Source: Tubulanus polymorphus (lineage: Eukaryota; Animalia; Nemertea). From it: 64,000 bases of DNA. Below the pieces are notes generated by a model. That model was not told the origin of the DNA, made no database searches, and saw nothing but the letters and a program-made list of their open reading frames with translations. The position numbers and the translations under genes are program-made. The stretch is from NCBI RefSeq assembly GCF_964204645.1, contig NC_134027.1, positions 16,524,485 to 16,588,484 on the forward strand, read 5' to 3'. The first letter of the stretch is position 1, and every line of letters starts with the position of its first letter. Shown one piece after another: positions 36,176 through 46,356 of this stretch.

Positions 36176-37842
36176 ATGGATGTAGAAGGTGGAGAAGATA
36201 TTCCAATGGATCCTTTAGATGAACCTGGTATAAGTGATGAACAACCACCTGATTTTAGTGAAACATGTTTTAATGATGATAATAAAACAGAATATAATAC
36301 TAATTTAGGCGAAGATGATTATGATGATGATCCCGAATTACGTGAAAAATTAAATAAATATTTAGAAGCTCCTGAAAGGGGTAGAATTTCAACTAGAAGA
36401 GAAAGAGAAGAATTTATGAAAGTATTAGTAGAACAACAAAAAAAATATCCTGATGAACCTATGGAATTATATAAAATGAAATCTAGAGTAACAGATACAA
36501 TTGTTAACGAATTATTACCAATAGTTGTATTACATGAAATTGATACAGAAGATGTTGTAGAACAAATTTTTAAAGATGACCCACATTTCACGAATAATTT
36601 AGAATTTAAAAATGATAGATGGTATTATAATCTTGATTTAAATAGGAATATTGTAACAATTCAATTATCTAGAAAGGATCAAGAAAATATTTATGAACCT
36701 GAAATGCTAGCAAGATCTACAATTGAACGTTCAAAAGGAGGCGCAGAATTTCTAAGAATTATATGGAATGCACTCGATAGAATAAATGAAGAAGAACCAA
36801 TTCCTAAAATTGATATAAACAAATATTCACCATTTAAAAATCCATTTAAAAATCCAAATCCTACTGATTTTGATCCAGAAATGGAAGAGAATAGAGATCG
36901 ACTAGATAGATTAAGATCTTCAACACCCGAAACATCGAGAAGAGACACTCAACCAATTGATAATTATTCAATTACAATTAGAAAAACAAATTGATAGATT
37001 AAGAGATTCAGAAGAACTGATGAATAGTGCTGGAATAAATCGACTGCAATATTTACTAGAAAAAGGATTTCTTAATTTAACTGATGAAGAATTAGAAGCA
37101 TTTCCTGAACAAATACGTAGAGAAATTAAAGGTATACAAGTATCAGCTGATGAAATTGCTAATATTAAGATGAGATTTTCTAAAATAACCATGTTAGAAA
37201 AAGAATTAACTAATACAGATGAAGAATTAAAACAATTAGAATTAATTAGAGATCTTAATGTAATTTATGAAGTTGGTTATGAAAGCAGAAAGTTAGCTTT
37301 AGAAAAAGAAATCGATGATTTAGAATATAACATAAAATTACAAAAAGAAGAGAGATATATTATTAAAATCATATGATCTCAATCATATTAAAAAATTAAA
37401 AGTTATTTTTAAAGATTTGTTGATTAAACCAGATTCTGAAATATCATTAAAAGACAGAATAAAATTGTTATTTAAATTAGAAGGAATAACAATTCTTTCA
37501 ATTCTAACAGCTGTAACTATATTATTTACAACAATTGGTTTAGCTATATCAAATGCTTTAAAATCAACTCCTACTCCTAACAAACCGGATAAACCACCGA
37601 GTAATAATTCTATACAAGATAAAGTTAAAGATGGTTTAAAGAAATTAGCAAAATATTTATGGGAACTATCCAAAAAATCTGCTGCAGCTTTACCTGGAGT
37701 TATTGCATCAATTGTTGGTTTTATATTGAAATCTGCAGGAAACATTATTAACTTTGCTGCTGAACATATTATTTTATTATTAATAACTGTTGTAAATGCT
37801 ATTATTTTTGGATTAGTAAACATGATATCAAAAAATAAATAA
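36176..37842 (+). pseudogene. Viral acidic/coiled-coil protein with C-terminal hydrophobic helices, apparently broken into three ORFs
   Basis: ORFs 36176-36994, 36957-37376 and 37417-37842 abut in different frames; the last two lack ATG starts. C-terminal part has several hydrophobic segments (ITILSILTAVTILFTTIGLAI, LPGVIASIVGFIL). Homolog begins at 63739. Confidence 0.65.
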
Positions 37843-37862
37843 TTAATTTTTTTGTTAAATAA

Positions 37863-39110
37863 ATGAGTGGGAGTTATATCAATCCTTCTAAGAATCATAG
37901 AATATCTAATGCTATTAAAGCAGAAAGATCACATCATATAATTACTCATAATCCTTCAAATATTAATCCCGATGAAACTTTATATGTTAGAATTCCTAGA
38001 TTAACACAAAATACTTTTTATGTTCCAAATAGTATTTATTTATCAGCCGATATAAAAGTAATCGGTAATAATAATAATTATGTTGTTGATAATGTTGGAA
38101 GATATTTGATTAAAAAGTTAACAATAAAGATTGGTCCGGAAACAGTTTTCTCATTAGATGATTATAATTTATTTATGCATTATAAAGATTTATGGTTAAC
38201 TAAAGAAAATAGAAATAATATGATATTTCAAGGCATCCAATCAGAAAACCAAAATAAATTAAGATCAGAAGCTAATAGCGCAATATTAACTAATGCTGTA
38301 GATAAATTGATAAAAAGTATATATGGAAGCAAATATAAAATTCCATTAGATTTTGAATTGATAAATAATAATGCACCTTTATATAAATACGCAATCCAAG
38401 AAGATATTATATTTGAGATAACATTTGCTCCTGTAAATGAAATTGTATTATCTAGCGTTGTTAAAGATATGAGTTATAAATTATCGAAGATATGTTTAGA
38501 ATATGATACAGTAACTGATGAAAATATTTCAAGTATAATTCAAACTAAATACAATCAAGGATTTTCATTATTATATGATTATATTGATAAATTTAAAACC
38601 GTAACTATTAATGCAAATGATGAAATTATTAATGAGAATATTAACTTCCCAAGAAGATCTATTAAAGGCATATTAAAATTTTTTACCATTGCAACATATA
38701 CTAATGGCGCAATAAATGTTGATAATTATTATAATCCTGAAATAACAAAAGTAGAAATAACTATCGAAGGAATAGCAAATAAAATATTTTGTCAAGGAAT
38801 GAGAATGATTGATCAATGGCCAGAAATTAGAAAACATTTTATGAATGAAAAAGTAAAATCATTTGAAAATTGTAACATTAATCAAATTGATTATTATACC
38901 GGTAATAAATATGCATTATGGTTAGATTTTAGAACAACAGAGGATAATTCATTTCATGGTTCTGGAAAAAAACTACAGAACACTAAAGATGGAATACAAT
39001 TATTCATGACAAAGAATAAAGGAATCAAAAATTTTAAAATGCACATTTATATTATATCTGACGCGCAATTAAATATTATAAATTCACAATTAGATAGTGT
39101 TATGTATTAA
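37863..39110 (+). CDS. Putative double jelly-roll major capsid protein (415 aa)
   Basis: Beta-rich pattern typical of Polinton/PLV capsids (LYVRIP, LIKKLTIKIG, YKIPLDF, ITKVEITIEG, YALWLDF); suitable size; context with ATPase and integrase. Confidence 0.75.
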   Translation: MSGSYINPSKNHRISNAIKAERSHHIITHNPSNINPDETLYVRIPRLTQNTFYVPNSIYLSADIKVIGNNNNYVVDNVGRYLIKKLTIKIGPETVFSLDDYNLFMHYKDLWLTKENRNNMIFQGIQSENQNKLRSEANSAILTNAVDKLIKSIYGSKYKIPLDFELINNNAPLYKYAIQEDIIFEITFAPVNEIVLSSVVKDMSYKLSKICLEYDTVTDENISSIIQTKYNQGFSLLYDYIDKFKTVTINANDEIINENINFPRRSIKGILKFFTIATYTNGAINVDNYYNPEITKVEITIEGIANKIFCQGMRMIDQWPEIRKHFMNEKVKSFENCNINQIDYYTGNKYALWLDFRTTEDNSFHGSGKKLQNTKDGIQLFMTKNKGIKNFKMHIYIISDAQLNIINSQLDSVMY

Positions 39111-39142
39111 AATTTTAACTTTAATAAAAATATATATAATAA

Positions 39143-39901
39143 ATGGAAGGAGGTAAAGTATATAAACATATTCCATACATCGATACACATGAAAATAATG
39201 ATGGTTTATATTATGTAATACCTTGTAATATAGCTTTGATATTTGATCGTATTTTCAAAATTTATCAAACTAAACTAATAGAAATCGATAATAATAAAAG
39301 TGAAGTTGTTGATAATTTAAATAATGTAATTGATAATAATGTAATACCTACTACAGTAATACCTACTACAGTAATACCTACTACATCTAATAATGATAAG
39401 ATTGAACCTGATATCAAAACCAAAAAGACAAATGAAAAATATTGTGATGTATGTAAGAAATATATATCATATAAAAATTGGGCATCACATAAGAAATCAA
39501 ATAAACATATAGAAAAAGAAAAGAATAATAATGATAATAATATATCTGATAATAATATAATAGATAATATCATAGATAATGTTAATACAATTGAAACAAA
39601 TGATACCATAGATAATATAACAGATAATGTTAATACAATTGAAACAAATGATACCATAGATAATATAACAGATAATGTTGATACAATTGAAACTAATGAT
39701 AATGAAACAATTGATGATTCTAAAAAACATTGTAACATTTGTAATTTAGATATTTCTAAAAGTAATTTTTCTAAACATAAAAAATCTCAAGCGCATATCG
39801 AAAATGAAAAGAAATTAGAAGAAATAAAATGTGCCAATATTGTAATAAGAAAATTGAACTTGTTGATGAAAATACTCATTATAAATCAAAGTTACATCTA
39901 A
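39143..39901 (+). CDS. C2H2 (U1/matrin-like) zinc-finger protein with internal repeats
   Basis: YCDVCKK...HKKSNKH and HCNICNL...HKKSQAH; 3x15-bp (VIPTT) and about 3x48-bp repeats. Confidence 0.75.
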   Translation: MEGGKVYKHIPYIDTHENNDGLYYVIPCNIALIFDRIFKIYQTKLIEIDNNKSEVVDNLNNVIDNNVIPTTVIPTTVIPTTSNNDKIEPDIKTKKTNEKYCDVCKKYISYKNWASHKKSNKHIEKEKNNNDNNISDNNIIDNIIDNVNTIETNDTIDNITDNVNTIETNDTIDNITDNVDTIETNDNETIDDSKKHCNICNLDISKSNFSKHKKSQAHIENEKKLEEIKCANIVIRKLNLLMKILIINQSYI

Positions 39902-40302
39902 TTAATGTTTATAAAATGGTGAGTATGTTACCATTGTTAAATAACGCAGAGAAATATATCAAATATTTTAATCCTAAAACTAACCAATATTATATATTCT
40001 ATAAGTTGTTATTTGATAAATTATTAGCTTATGCAGAAGATAATCCTAAACAAATATATAAATTATTATATTTTAGAAAAATAGATTTAAGTTATCTAAT
40101 ACAAAATTTTGGAAATCATTTTGATTTTGATTATGATGATTTTGATGAATACTTAGAAAAATTAAGAGAAAAAGCTAATATACCTACTAATTATTATGTT
40201 AAGATGACTCAATTAAAATTAATAAATCTACCTAAGACTTTTGATGAATTATATATAAACAGAGATGATTTTATAAATATAATAGAAACAAAATTAGAAT
40301 AA
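39829..40302 (+). CDS. Zinc-finger-containing ORF, probably the frameshifted continuation of 39143
   Basis: Starts with CQYCNKK...HYKSKLH, overlapping the upstream ORF in another frame. Confidence 0.6.
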   Translation: MCQYCNKKIELVDENTHYKSKLHLINVYKMVSMLPLLNNAEKYIKYFNPKTNQYYIFYKLLFDKLLAYAEDNPKQIYKLLYFRKIDLSYLIQNFGNHFDFDYDDFDEYLEKLREKANIPTNYYVKMTQLKLINLPKTFDELYINRDDFINIIETKLE

Positions 40303-40735
40303 TTATTATAAAACTAATTTATATATCTATATACAAGACGTACGTAAAAATCTTGGTAAGAATCCAAGAATCCAAGAAATCTTACTTTCTTGGTAAGAAT
40401 CTTACTTTCTTACTCGTACGTCTAGTACATAGATATATAATTTAGTTTTCATAAAAATTAAAAACATAAAATTATTAATCTAAGTATAGAAATAGTTATA
40501 ATATAATCTATTTTTATTTTTATAAAGAGAAAACATATAATTTATTCATTTTTATAATTTAAATTTAGAATAATTATTATAAAACTAATTTATATATCTA
40601 TATACTAGACGTACGAGTAAGAAAGTAAGAATTCTTACCAAGATTCTTACTTTCTTACTTTCTTGGCAAGAATCTTACTTTCTTACTCGTACGTCTAGTA
40701 CATAGATATATAAATTAGTTTCTATAATATTCCAA
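40295..40735. repeat. Two tandem ~165-bp imperfect palindromes between convergent gene blocks
   Basis: Arms AAACTAATTTATATATCTATATACTAGACGTACGAGTAAGAAAGTAAGA and its near reverse complement; present twice (about 40295-40460 and 40565-40735). Confidence 0.85.
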
Positions 40736-40746
40736 ATTATAAATAG

Positions 40747-41358
40747 TTATTTTATAAATTTATATTCATACGGAAATTGTAGTCTCAGTAATAATTTTGA
40801 ACCTTTATTATTCTTTAATTTATTCATATATTCATCGTGTAATTCAGTAGGTATAATTTGATTTTCTTCCAATGATTGTTGCATAGATTTTTTATCTTTG
40901 TTATAAAATAAAACTAGAAATCTTATATTCTCCCTAAAGTCTTTAACAATTGAATTATATTTTTGATTTAAAACCCATGTTGTTATCCCGAAATGTCTCC
41001 CAGAGAAAGCTAGATAACATAACTCACTTTCTCTCACTTTTGAATCATGTAAATTTGCGCAATCATCTATAATGAATAATGTATTTGACCCTTTATAAGT
41101 ATCAATTGCTATTTTTATACAATTATCTAAATTTTCTTTTACTGTTTTAGGATCTAATATAATAAACTTTTTCATCTTAACTATATCTCTATTATATGTT
41201 TTATTCATTTCATAAGTAGGACAGAATAATATTATATTATCAAAATGATTCTTATAAATAGTTTCTAACAAGTCTAATATGAAATGTGTTTTACCACAAT
41301 TGGTTACTCCAGTTATTAACATATTATGAGGTTCAAATATAAATAAATCTTTATTCAT
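40747..41358 (-). CDS. FtsK/HerA-superfamily (A32-like) genome packaging ATPase
   Basis: Walker A GVTNCGKT, Walker B LFIIDD, arginine finger SGRH, conserved Q in WVLNQ. Confidence 0.92.
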   Translation of the reverse strand: MNKDLFIFEPHNMLITGVTNCGKTHFILDLLETIYKNHFDNIILFCPTYEMNKTYNRDIVKMKKFIILDPKTVKENLDNCIKIAIDTYKGSNTLFIIDDCANLHDSKVRESELCYLAFSGRHFGITTWVLNQKYNSIVKDFRENIRFLVLFYNKDKKSMQQSLEENQIIPTELHDEYMNKLKNNKGSKLLLRLQFPYEYKFIK

Positions 41359-42475
41359 TTATTCTTTTAATTTTACTAGATAAAATCCATTCATTAAATT
41401 TATCATCATATCCTTTATATTTCACCAAAGAATACTTTTTTCCTTTAAGAGTTTTTGTTTTCAATACTTTTTCTATTTTGTATTCTATTTCATCTGGATT
41501 TGGTACAAGTGATAATTCTTGTTCATAGAAATAACCTAATATTTCTTCATCTTTTAGATCTTCTAATTTATAAACAAAAGGTTTAGTTAATATTATCTTT
41601 TTAATTTTAAATATTTCTTCTGTAAAATTTGGAGTATAACCTTTATAAAAGGTTTTTCTATATTTAGATATTCTTACGTGTTGTCCTATTTTAAATTTAG
41701 GTTCACCGAAATCGTGTGTAACAAACGCACCATATAAATTATTCCAAACTATTTCCGAATTATCTTCTTTTCTAGCTTGTATAGGTTTCATATTTATAGA
41801 ACTATGTTTAGAATTATTATAACCTTTCACTAAATCATCTAATATATTTATAGACTCATCGATATATTTATATGTTTCATTAGCAGTAAAATATTTCCAC
41901 ATTCTAGTTTTCAATGTTTTATTAAATCTTTCTATAATAGATGCTTTTTTGTCTGAGTGTGTTGAAAAATATTTTACATCGTTATCAGATAATAGTTTTT
42001 TAAAATGTTTGTTATAAAATTCCTTACCTTCATCAAATTGTATCTTATCTGGAATAGCTTCTTTAAATATAGATTTAAAAGCATTTGTCACTTCTATACC
42101 AGTTTTATTTTTGATCGGAATTGACCATGCGTATCTACCGAATATGTCTATAACATTCAGTATCCAGAAATATCCTTTGTTGTATTCTTCTAAGTTCTTC
42201 ATATCAATTAAATCTGCTTGCCATTGTTGATCGATATATGAAACCATAACATTCCTTGTTAAATAAGTTTCATCCATTTTCCTGTGGATTTGATATGTTG
42301 GTTGATTTTGTAACCATGATTTCAATTCACTATATTTTATACCACCATGTGGGTGCCGTACGGCACCATCACTATTATCAGATTTAATTTTATTCCATAA
42401 TTCTGAAACGTTAGAATATGATACTTCACTCTCTGGGTTATAATATAAATCTCTTAAACATTGTTCTTTTTTCAT
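41351..42475 (-). CDS. Retroviral-type (rve) DDE integrase with C-terminal chromodomain
   Basis: WQADLIDM, IQFDEGKEF, IERFNKTLK, YNNSKHSSI; chromo YKIEKVLK...LVKYKGYDDKFNEWI. Confidence 0.95.
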   Translation of the reverse strand: MKKEQCLRDLYYNPESEVSYSNVSELWNKIKSDNSDGAVRHPHGGIKYSELKSWLQNQPTYQIHRKMDETYLTRNVMVSYIDQQWQADLIDMKNLEEYNKGYFWILNVIDIFGRYAWSIPIKNKTGIEVTNAFKSIFKEAIPDKIQFDEGKEFYNKHFKKLLSDNDVKYFSTHSDKKASIIERFNKTLKTRMWKYFTANETYKYIDESINILDDLVKGYNNSKHSSINMKPIQARKEDNSEIVWNNLYGAFVTHDFGEPKFKIGQHVRISKYRKTFYKGYTPNFTEEIFKIKKIILTKPFVYKLEDLKDEEILGYFYEQELSLVPNPDEIEYKIEKVLKTKTLKGKKYSLVKYKGYDDKFNEWILSSKIKRINE

Positions 42476-42481
42476 TCTATT

Positions 42482-42853
42482 TTAATCCATTAATAATAAT
42501 TTAGATTTAGTTTCAATGGCTTTATGATTTGACTTATTTTCTGGTATAATATGTTTCCGATTGTCATTGGAATCATATTTATCATCAGATTTGAACTTTG
42601 ATTTATATATTACACCGGATAATATAATAACTGTTACTAATCCAATTGTAATATATAATTTATAATTACTTCCAGCATTAGAAGAATCAGATGGATTATT
42701 ATTTGAATCAATATCAGATAAAGTCTGTGATTCATTTATATCAGTTAATTTCTTTTTCTTAGCTTTTTTTAATTCTGAAGATCTTTTACCTAATTCTCTT
42801 GCCCATTTAATTTGTTTCTCGGATCTAGCCTTTTTCTTAACTCCATCACTCAT
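42482..42853 (-). CDS. Small basic protein with one transmembrane helix
   Basis: Basic N-terminus (KKKARSEKQIKW) and LYITIGLVTVIILSGVIY; overlaps neighbours in viral fashion. Confidence 0.65.
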   Translation of the reverse strand: MSDGVKKKARSEKQIKWARELGKRSSELKKAKKKKLTDINESQTLSDIDSNNNPSDSSNAGSNYKLYITIGLVTVIILSGVIYKSKFKSDDKYDSNDNRKHIIPENKSNHKAIETKSKLLLMD

Positions 42854-43448
42854 TTATTTTAGTTAATTTTTGTTCTGATTCATTTTTTGTTTCGACGTTT
42901 GGTTGTAGTACATCTGTTTCGTTCTTACCTGATTTATATTCCATAGGCTTGATATTCGAAAATGTTATGACGCCAGTAGAAATTAATGTCATAACCGATC
43001 CTAATTGAAATGAAGCATATCCGACCCATTTTTGTAATTCAGTCATAACTAAGTAGTCATTTTTCAAATCACTATATAATTTATTTTCATCATCAATTGG
43101 TATTAACTGGTTACATAACTTAGAATAACATTTGACAATACCATTCGAAATAGAATCATTTATTTTAGCTAATCTAGCTTCTTCATAAATCTTAAAATAT
43201 TTTATTACTTTATCTGGTTTCATAGAGTCTAGTTCTTGAAAAGTAATGATTCTATTTAAAAACTCCTTAGATTTCCCACCAGCAATCAATAATTCAAGAT
43301 GATGCTTACAATATAAATAGTATTCATAATCTATATTGTTATTAACTTGAATAGAATTAGAAACAACTGTATCTTTATTATCACTTATACCTAAATCATC
43401 TAATGTCTTTTCAATATCAATACTATTCTTATTAGATTTCTTTGACAT
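42846..43448 (-). CDS. Hypothetical viral protein (200 aa)
   Basis: ATG-initiated ORF in the tightly packed minus-strand block; hydrophobic segment near the C-terminus. Confidence 0.65.
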   Translation of the reverse strand: MSKKSNKNSIDIEKTLDDLGISDNKDTVVSNSIQVNNNIDYEYYLYCKHHLELLIAGGKSKEFLNRIITFQELDSMKPDKVIKYFKIYEEARLAKINDSISNGIVKCYSKLCNQLIPIDDENKLYSDLKNDYLVMTELQKWVGYASFQLGSVMTLISTGVITFSNIKPMEYKSGKNETDVLQPNVETKNESEQKLTKINE

Positions 43449-43694
43449 TTATATTAGAGAAAAAAAGCAAAAAAAATATTATAAGTATTCTTCAAATGAT
43501 ACTAGTATCTCTTTGGGTTAATACTAGTTAGTTAAAGGTAAAGAATTTTAGTATTAGTTATTGTTTTTTTAGTATTTTTTATTTGTGATATAAAGTATTC
43601 TTTTTTGAAAAGAAAATATTAAAAATATAATAGAAATAATAGCTAGTTGAAGTTATGTAATTTTTATTATATTTTATTTAAAATCTATTATTCT

Positions 43695-44360
43695 TCAACC
43701 ACTCATTAAAGACTCAACATATTGTTCATTATTTGGATCATTGTTCCATAATTCAATGAATTTCTTTGCTTTATCTAATTGATTCAAATATAACTGTATA
43801 TCTAGTTTATTAGATTTAATTATGTTTTCTTTCTTTTCAAGAGGTCTTAAATTCTTCCAGCACCAGATTAGCTTCTTATTATAATCATCACTCATGTCAA
43901 ATTTAGATATTGGTAACACGTGATCGATATGGTAATAATCCCCATAATTATCTATATTCATTTTATCATCGAATTGAAATATAATCCATGATTTGAGAAA
44001 TTCATCTGAACAACCCAACAAATTAGATAATGTTTCTGAATGTGTTTCTTTGTTGAATAATTGTGTTAATCTAGATCTTAAGCATTGTTTCAATCTAAAA
44101 TTAAGATCTGTTTGATATCTTCCTCTCATATATTCTGCCATATAATAATTATAATGTTCTATATTATCTTCTCGATATTGTTTGGTATATAGTTTAGTAC
44201 AAGTTTTACAGCAATATTGAAAACCATCTTTGCTAATCTTACGCTTACTAAATTCTGTTAATGATTTATCTAATTCACACTTAGAACACTTCTTGTAATA
44301 TATATTTATAACACCAGTGTTATTTGTAATATTGATAGTTTGTGGTTGTTCTGATTCCAT
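43695..44360 (-). CDS. Zn-ribbon plus HNH/endonuclease VII-like nuclease of the type seen in large DNA viruses
   Basis: KKCSKC...CCKTC, then LLGCS...YHIDHVLP...WKNLRPLEKKENIIKSNK (His-Me finger pattern). Confidence 0.8.
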   Translation of the reverse strand: MESEQPQTINITNNTGVINIYYKKCSKCELDKSLTEFSKRKISKDGFQYCCKTCTKLYTKQYREDNIEHYNYYMAEYMRGRYQTDLNFRLKQCLRSRLTQLFNKETHSETLSNLLGCSDEFLKSWIIFQFDDKMNIDNYGDYYHIDHVLPISKFDMSDDYNKKLIWCWKNLRPLEKKENIIKSNKLDIQLYLNQLDKAKKFIELWNNDPNNEQYVESLMSG

Positions 44361-45239
44361 TTATTATACATATTTTTTTACTAAATTGGTTAATAATTTT
44401 AGAATCCTCTTCCATTTCTTCGACCAACGTCATCTTTTTTCATTCTTCGTTGCTTTTGATAAGTCGTTTCGGTTCCTTGATATCTAAATCATACCAGTTA
44501 CAATACCCGCGTCACATGCGGCCATTTATGGCCGGTTTTGCTTAATGCGTATGCGTTAATCATAATAGAAACGACTGAACATAAAAATTCACCAAACAGA
44601 TTTACACAATACATTATACAAGTTGTTCGGCCGTTTCTTCCAATACATCATTTGATTTCTATAAATACAATTTATAATTACAAACATTTTTTCAATTGCT
44701 GGTAAATATTTAACTATATCAACAAATGTTAAACTTAATCATTGGAGTCTTAATGTTTTTGAAATTCGTACATAGTTTCTTCGTCGATCTTTTGGCGATT
44801 CTATTGGTTTGATATCCATTGCTGTTGATTCCCCAGTCAGAAAGAGTATCTTGAGTTTCTCTATCGCTTCTTGAAGCGTATGATGTTTTATTAATCTAAA
44901 AGATCTTAGTGGTAACTCTAGCTATCTGAAAGATATACTAAATACACTTAAATATATCTAAAGGTTTCATATTTAATAGCCTTAATAACTACAAAAAACA
45001 GTACTTACATTTAGATTTATAATTGTAAACTATAAACTCCTAATTTCGTTTCGAGAGATAGAATATCCTGAGCACAATATTACAGCGTATATTCATTTCT
45101 TGCCACGTCATCTGGTTCCGGTTCTAGAGTGTTCTCTCTCTGCACGTTTGTAATAATGAGTCATAAGTCTCGGCGTCATAGTAACAGCTGTGAATTTATA
45201 GATTTATTCCATAGCTCTTTGCATGGAATGTATATAGGC

Positions 45240-45476
45240 TCAAATAGAATCATGTTCTAGTATAAACATCGGATCCTCAACGTATTGTTCATTATTTGGA
45301 TCATTATTCCATAATTCAATAAATTTCTTTCCCTTTGTTAACTGTTCTGAATATAACTGTAAATATTCTAGTTTCAATTTATTCTCTGAATGTGTTTTAG
45401 TTTTATTGTGTCTTGCTTTTTGGGATTTATCTAAATTGATATTACACGTTGGACAGTAGTACTTATTTGCTTCCAT
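45240..45476 (-). CDS. Small C2H2 zinc-finger ORF next to the terminus
   Basis: YCPTCN...HNKTKTH; C-terminus KKFIELWNNDPNNEQYVE duplicates the HNH C-terminus. Confidence 0.55.
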   Translation of the reverse strand: MEANKYYCPTCNINLDKSQKARHNKTKTHSENKLKLEYLQLYSEQLTKGKKFIELWNNDPNNEQYVEDPMFILEHDSI

Positions 45477-45556
45477 TTTAATACTAAATTTTTTATTAAA
45501 ATTGATTTTAGAAGTTCAATGATTTAAATGTTATTCATTTATATGAATATTTTAAG

Positions 45557-45922
45557 AGTAATAGGGGTAATGGGCTTTCAAGCTAAAGGTTGAATGGTCG
45601 AGTTCATTAAAAACAAATATTAAAAGTAATTTAAAACTATAATATATTTTCATAACCGTGTGTATTTCAGTTGAACAATATTTGTGTATTGTAAATAAAT
45701 CAATTGGTCGCGGAGCGGAGCGGTAGCGAAGTGGAGCGACCAATTGATTTAATACAATATGCTTTTTAGATTATTGATATCTTAGAATAAATATTTAGTT
45801 TTTAATATAAAATGTGCACGGTTATGAAAATATATTATAGTTTTTAATTACTTTTAATGTTTTGTTTTTTAATGAGCTCGACCGTTCGACCTTTGATCTG
45901 AAAGCCCATTACCCCTATTACT
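45557..45922. repeat. 366-bp terminal fold-back palindrome of viral copy 1
   Basis: AGTAATAGGGGTAATGGGCTTTCA...TGAAAGCCCATTACCCCTATTACT; centre AATCAATTGGTCGC-(GC-rich loop)-GCGACCAATTGATT. Confidence 0.9.
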
Positions 45923-46339
45923 GATGGCTACAACGCTACACCTCACGGGGGTATTTCAGATATGACTCCCGAAGAGGCCGGAGAATCCCGAAATGAAGAA
46001 AGGTTACTGTTCGAAAATATCGGCAAATCCGAACCCCCTAAGAGCCCGTTCAAGCCAGGCGACAGCGTAAGGAAAAAGCTGAAAAGACCCGTGTTCAAAA
46101 AGGGTTACAAACAGATATGGGGCCAAACAGTCCACTCCCTCGCGTCTGTGGAAGGCTTAAAAGGGGTCCTCGATAATGGAGAATCAGCTAGGTTGGACGA
46201 TCTGCAACTAGTGATACCTCCAGCTGAAGAGAAGACGACGGTAGACGCTGTGTCCGTAGCCGACAAAGAGCACAAGATCAGAGCAGACTATCAAGCACAA
46301 GGAGGGTTTGTCACCCGAAGCGGTAATGCCCTCGAATAG
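45923..46339 (+). pseudogene. C-terminal fragment of Maverick integrase
   Basis: Reads DGYNATPHGGISDMTPEEA...FKPGDSVR...FKKGYKQIW directly from the junction with the hairpin; homologous to the end of the 41351-42475 integrase core. Confidence 0.8.
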
Positions 46340-46356
46340 CAGGTACAGCCTGCGAT

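Larger units (their letters stand above)
1..45922. mobile_element. AT-rich Polinton-like endogenous virus, copy 1 (left end outside window; interrupted at 1288-35958)
   Basis: Dense intronless AT-rich ORFs including capsid, packaging ATPase and rve integrase. Colinear with copy 2 (position 1 aligns to 58592; 36176 aligns to 63739). Ends in a palindrome closing ...CCCCTATTACT at 45922, where composition abruptly becomes GC-rich. Confidence 0.88.

Noticed and set aside
44360-45240. Possible remnant of a polymerase or helicase in viral copy 1
   Set aside because: My partial minus-strand translation gave stop-ridden sequence with no PolB, Walker or HUH motif, and 0.9 kb is too short for pPolB; a profile search is still needed.
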